A DNA stretch of 64,000 bases, taken from contig CAXXJJ010000004.1 in assembly GCA_963667015.2 (NCBI GenBank), positions 4,000,001 to 4,064,000 on the forward strand. The letters are read 5' to 3'. Below the pieces are notes generated by a model, which did not search any database, was not told the origin of the DNA, and saw only the letters and a program-made list of their open reading frames with translations. The DNA comes from Desulfatiglandales bacterium. GTDB taxonomy: Bacteria; Desulfobacterota; DSM-4660; Desulfatiglandales; HGW-15. This document shows, piece by piece, positions 61,034 to 64,000 of the stretch. Made by a program: the position numbers and the translations under genes. Numbering within the stretch: the stretch's first letter is position 1; the number at the start of each line of letters is the position of its first letter.

Positions 61034-61840
61034 TTATATCCCCATAGCATTTTTAAATTCAAGAAAATCCTTAAAACGATCTTCCGGTTTTTTTTCCAGG
61101 GCAGTCGATATGGCTGCAGCAATCTTTGGAGATACAGATGTGTTTACCCTGTTAACCGGCATTGGTATTTCCTTCCTGTGCCATAACTCTATTTCAGAAC
61201 GGTCGGTAGTATTAAAGGGTTTTCTTCCGGTAAACAGTTCATAAAACATAATGCCCATGGAGTATATGTCAGACCTGATGTTCGCCTTTCCTTCCCTGCT
61301 GAATCTTTCGGGAGAGGAGTAGGCGGTAGACAGTATCTCTGTGACAATATCCTGCGAGTGATCATCAATAACCGCTGCAATCCCGAAATCCATAACCGTG
61401 CACTTCCCGGTTCCATCTATCATAATATTTGAAGGCTTTATATCTCTGTGTAATATTCCCATCTCATAAGCATACTGAAATGCAGCCAGGCATTGAACGG
61501 CAATGCCGATTACCTGTTTAATAGGGATTCGGTTATCGGGCTCACTAAACATTAATTCTTTTAGATCACTACCATCTATGTGTTCCATCACGATTATGCA
61601 GTCAGGGCCGTCTGTGAAAAAATCCAGTAGTCTGCATATATTGGGATGGTCCAGCTTTGACAATATTTCTGCTTCATGAAAGAATTTATTTTTAATTCCA
61701 GGGAGACCAAATAGATGCCGGTTCAGCCTTTTAAGGGCGACAAGATCTCCTGCACGGCTGACAGCCTTATACACATTGCCAAATCCGCCAATGCCTAAAG
61801 TCCCCAACAGCTCATAGTTATTAATTTTATCATTAACCAT
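61034..61840 (-). CDS. Hanks-type Ser/Thr protein kinase (catalytic domain only)
   Basis: LGIGGFGNVY, VALK, HRDIKPSN, DFG, YSSPE, SDIYSMG. Confidence 0.93.
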   Translation of the reverse strand: MVNDKINNYELLGTLGIGGFGNVYKAVSRAGDLVALKRLNRHLFGLPGIKNKFFHEAEILSKLDHPNICRLLDFFTDGPDCIIVMEHIDGSDLKELMFSEPDNRIPIKQVIGIAVQCLAAFQYAYEMGILHRDIKPSNIMIDGTGKCTVMDFGIAAVIDDHSQDIVTEILSTAYSSPERFSREGKANIRSDIYSMGIMFYELFTGRKPFNTTDRSEIELWHRKEIPMPVNRVNTSVSPKIAAAISTALEKKPEDRFKDFLEFKNAMGI

Positions 61841-62025
61841 AAAAAATCTTTTGTTTTATGATATCGTAGAAAAAAATCTTTTTCACAGGTAAACAACACC
61901 TGTATCATATATTATTACTTGACAGCAATGCGAGCTTTAAAATATTCTCTCTGTCTGGTTCTGTTTAGGCAGTAATTATATTAATAATTTCAGCAGATTA
62001 AAATTATATTTTTTGTGAGAATTGC

Positions 62026-62817
62026 ATGCATGAAACCAAGAGGGTGCGCTTTCAGGTAGAAGACGAACAACTTACAGCAACAGGCATCTCAGATATCGGT
62101 TTGTTAAGAAATGAAAACCAGGATGCTATTTATCTTGATAAAAACGGTCACTTTGTTCTTCTCGCAGACGGGATGGGGGGACATGAACGAGGAGCCGAAG
62201 CCAGCCAGACAATTATTACTGTTCTTCAGGATTTTTTTCAGCCGGAAATAATTGAAAGAGAGATATTGGATATCACTGCCGTTGAAGGCATTCCGGCAGA
62301 GGTCAGCTCTATTTTTTCATTAATTGAAAAGGGTATAAGAAAATCCAATACTGTTATTTATGAAAAAAACAGGGCAGAGGGGGTTGATAAATACATGGGA
62401 TCAACCCTTGTCGGTGTTGTCTTTACAAAAGATCTTTTTGCAGTCTGGTTTCACGTAGGAGACAGCAGGTTATACCGGTGGAGAGACTCTACTCTTACCC
62501 AATTAACCGAAGATCATTCTGCCTACAGAGAGTGGTTGAATAAAGGCTGTTCAGGTAATGAACCGGGCAGAAATTTTATAACAAGGGCAATTGGTCCAAG
62601 AGAGGGGGTTCTCCCGGATATTAACTGGGAAAAGGGAAGAGAAGGAGATATCTATATCCTGTGCAGCGATGGCCTGAATGATATGATTGGAGATGATGAG
62701 ATATCAGATATAATAGGAAACTCTGAGTCTGTTAACAATATAACCAATAACCTTGTAGATGCTGCCCTTGATGCCGGAGGTTATGACAACATCAGTATTA
62801 TTACATGTGGAATATAG
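62026..62817 (+). CDS. PP2C/PPM family Ser/Thr phosphatase
   Basis: G..R..NQD, LADGMGGH, MGST, HVGDSR, DHS, CSDGL, GGYDN. Confidence 0.94.
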   Translation: MHETKRVRFQVEDEQLTATGISDIGLLRNENQDAIYLDKNGHFVLLADGMGGHERGAEASQTIITVLQDFFQPEIIEREILDITAVEGIPAEVSSIFSLIEKGIRKSNTVIYEKNRAEGVDKYMGSTLVGVVFTKDLFAVWFHVGDSRLYRWRDSTLTQLTEDHSAYREWLNKGCSGNEPGRNFITRAIGPREGVLPDINWEKGREGDIYILCSDGLNDMIGDDEISDIIGNSESVNNITNNLVDAALDAGGYDNISIITCGI

Positions 62818-62836
62818 ATGTTGCGGGCAGGATTAA

Positions 62837-64000
62837 TCATCTGCCGGTTTTCCTGACCTGTTCAGGGATGAGTAACTGCATCGTTATTTTTATACGGGTG
62901 CCTTCATTTTTTCTGCTTTTTATCATTATCTCTCCGCCATGATTGATAATTATCTGGTGAACCATGGTGAGTCCCAGACCAACCCCGGTTGTTTTTGATG
63001 TAACAAATGGATCATAAATAAATTCAATTTCATCATCCTCTATACCTGCGCCCGTATCTGCAATATCAATTAATAAATGGTTTTCCTCTATTTTTAGACT
63101 GATTGTCAGTTGTCCTCCTTTAGTCATTGATTCCAGGGCATTTTCAAAAATATTTGAAAATGCTGTGACCAGCTGTGATTCATCCATGTTTATATCAGGT
63201 ATATTTTCCTCCGCAGATAACTGAAAGACAATATTCTGTTTTTCTGCTTGGGGCTCAAAGGATTTTAATATCTTCTCTATTAGAGGAAGGATATTTCCCG
63301 GTGTCAGGTCTGCGGTCTGTACTTCCGCAAGTCTGTGAACCTGTTTTACGAGCCTTTCCAGTCGGGCAGTTTCTCCAAGTATTATTTCTGTGTACCTGGA
63401 TACTTCCGGGTCATGGCTGTAACTGTTTTTAAGCCGCGATGCGAACCCTCCTATCACCATAACCGGATTTCTTATTTCATGGGCAACGCCATTTACCAGG
63501 TGTCCCATTGCAGCAATTCGTTCTGCCCTTATAAGTTTTTCCTCTGCATTTTTCAGATCAAGGGCTGTTAGTTCGTATTTTTCTTCCAGCCGCTCATAAA
63601 GGCTCGCGTTTTCAATTGCAACGGCTATCTGCACGGCGAGGCTGTTTAGAATCTCCAGATCATATTCATTAAACTGTTCTCCTGTTCTTTTGTTCAGGAC
63701 CAGGATTGCACCGGTTGCCTTTCCGCGCAGCATCAATGGAACACATATCATGTTTCTTGTCTTAAACCCTGTAAGCTGGTCGAATCGGTTGTTGAACCTC
63801 TTTTCGCTGTTAACATCATTGATAATCATTGGGGTGCTTGTTTCTACAACATGCCCGGCGATTCCGTCGCCTATTTTTATCCTGATGTTTTTTATGGGAT
63901 CTTTCTTTTCTCCCCTGGCAAGCCGTATAAAAAGGTCATTTTTCTCATCATCCTTTTCATAGATCGTACTGGCTTCGGCATTGATAAATTCCTCTGCACA
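62837..64000 (-). CDS. GAF-domain sensor histidine kinase; 5' end outside window
   Basis: Frame is open to the window edge. GAF (GIAGHV...D..TGFKTR...CVPL...NK), GVAHEIRNP, DTGAGI, PFVTSK..GVGLGL. Confidence 0.92.
   Translation of the reverse strand, partial: CAEEFINAEASTIYEKDDEKNDLFIRLARGEKKDPIKNIRIKIGDGIAGHVVETSTPMIINDVNSEKRFNNRFDQLTGFKTRNMICVPLMLRGKATGAILVLNKRTGEQFNEYDLEILNSLAVQIAVAIENASLYERLEEKYELTALDLKNAEEKLIRAERIAAMGHLVNGVAHEIRNPVMVIGGFASRLKNSYSHDPEVSRYTEIILGETARLERLVKQVHRLAEVQTADLTPGNILPLIEKILKSFEPQAEKQNIVFQLSAEENIPDINMDESQLVTAFSNIFENALESMTKGGQLTISLKIEENHLLIDIADTGAGIEDDEIEFIYDPFVTSKTTGVGLGLTMVHQIIINHGGEIMIKSRKNEGTRIKITMQLLIPEQVRKTGR

Overview
Low-GC bacterial chromosome segment. The gene content suggests an anaerobic Desulfobacterota (deltaproteobacterial) organism (inference). 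1-12 kb is a phosphate-starvation neighbourhood: an OlsF-like acyltransferase, arsC, acr3 and phytase remnants, pstSCAB-phoU and phoBR, with clear 11-bp-periodic Pho-box arrays. 12-27 kb is housekeeping: birA, a Ca/Na antiporter, a YeiH transporter, gpsA, an RnfB-GltD fusion and gyrA-gyrB-dnaN-dnaA, with an unusually divergent, AT-rich dnaA and a degenerate oriC unwinding site. 27-38 kb is the Wood-Ljungdahl CODH/ACS cluster (cooC, acsD, cooS, acsB, acsC, acsE, mrp). 38-61 kb is a repeat-rich accessory/defence island: AAA-DUF4143 ATPase, Fic, a tightly coupled radC - R/M fusion - S subunit - DGQHR/NDT-like fusion operon, a GIY-YIG-RAMA nuclease, an enlarged dGTPase, NERD, HEPN-like and CPBP genes, and an XRE-ImmA/PIN pair. 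The island also holds two ParB-methyltransferase paralogues, both broken at the same codon inside a coding hairpin, one by an IS1182-like element and one by its MITE. The window ends with a Ser/Thr kinase, a PP2C phosphatase and a partial GAF histidine kinase. Best candidates for undescribed biology: the RM-coupled DGQHR-NDT fusion, the hairpin-targeting IS/MITE pair, and the repeat-bounded gene cassettes. No tRNA, rRNA or CRISPR array was seen. All calls come from motif recognition by eye; no database searches were run.
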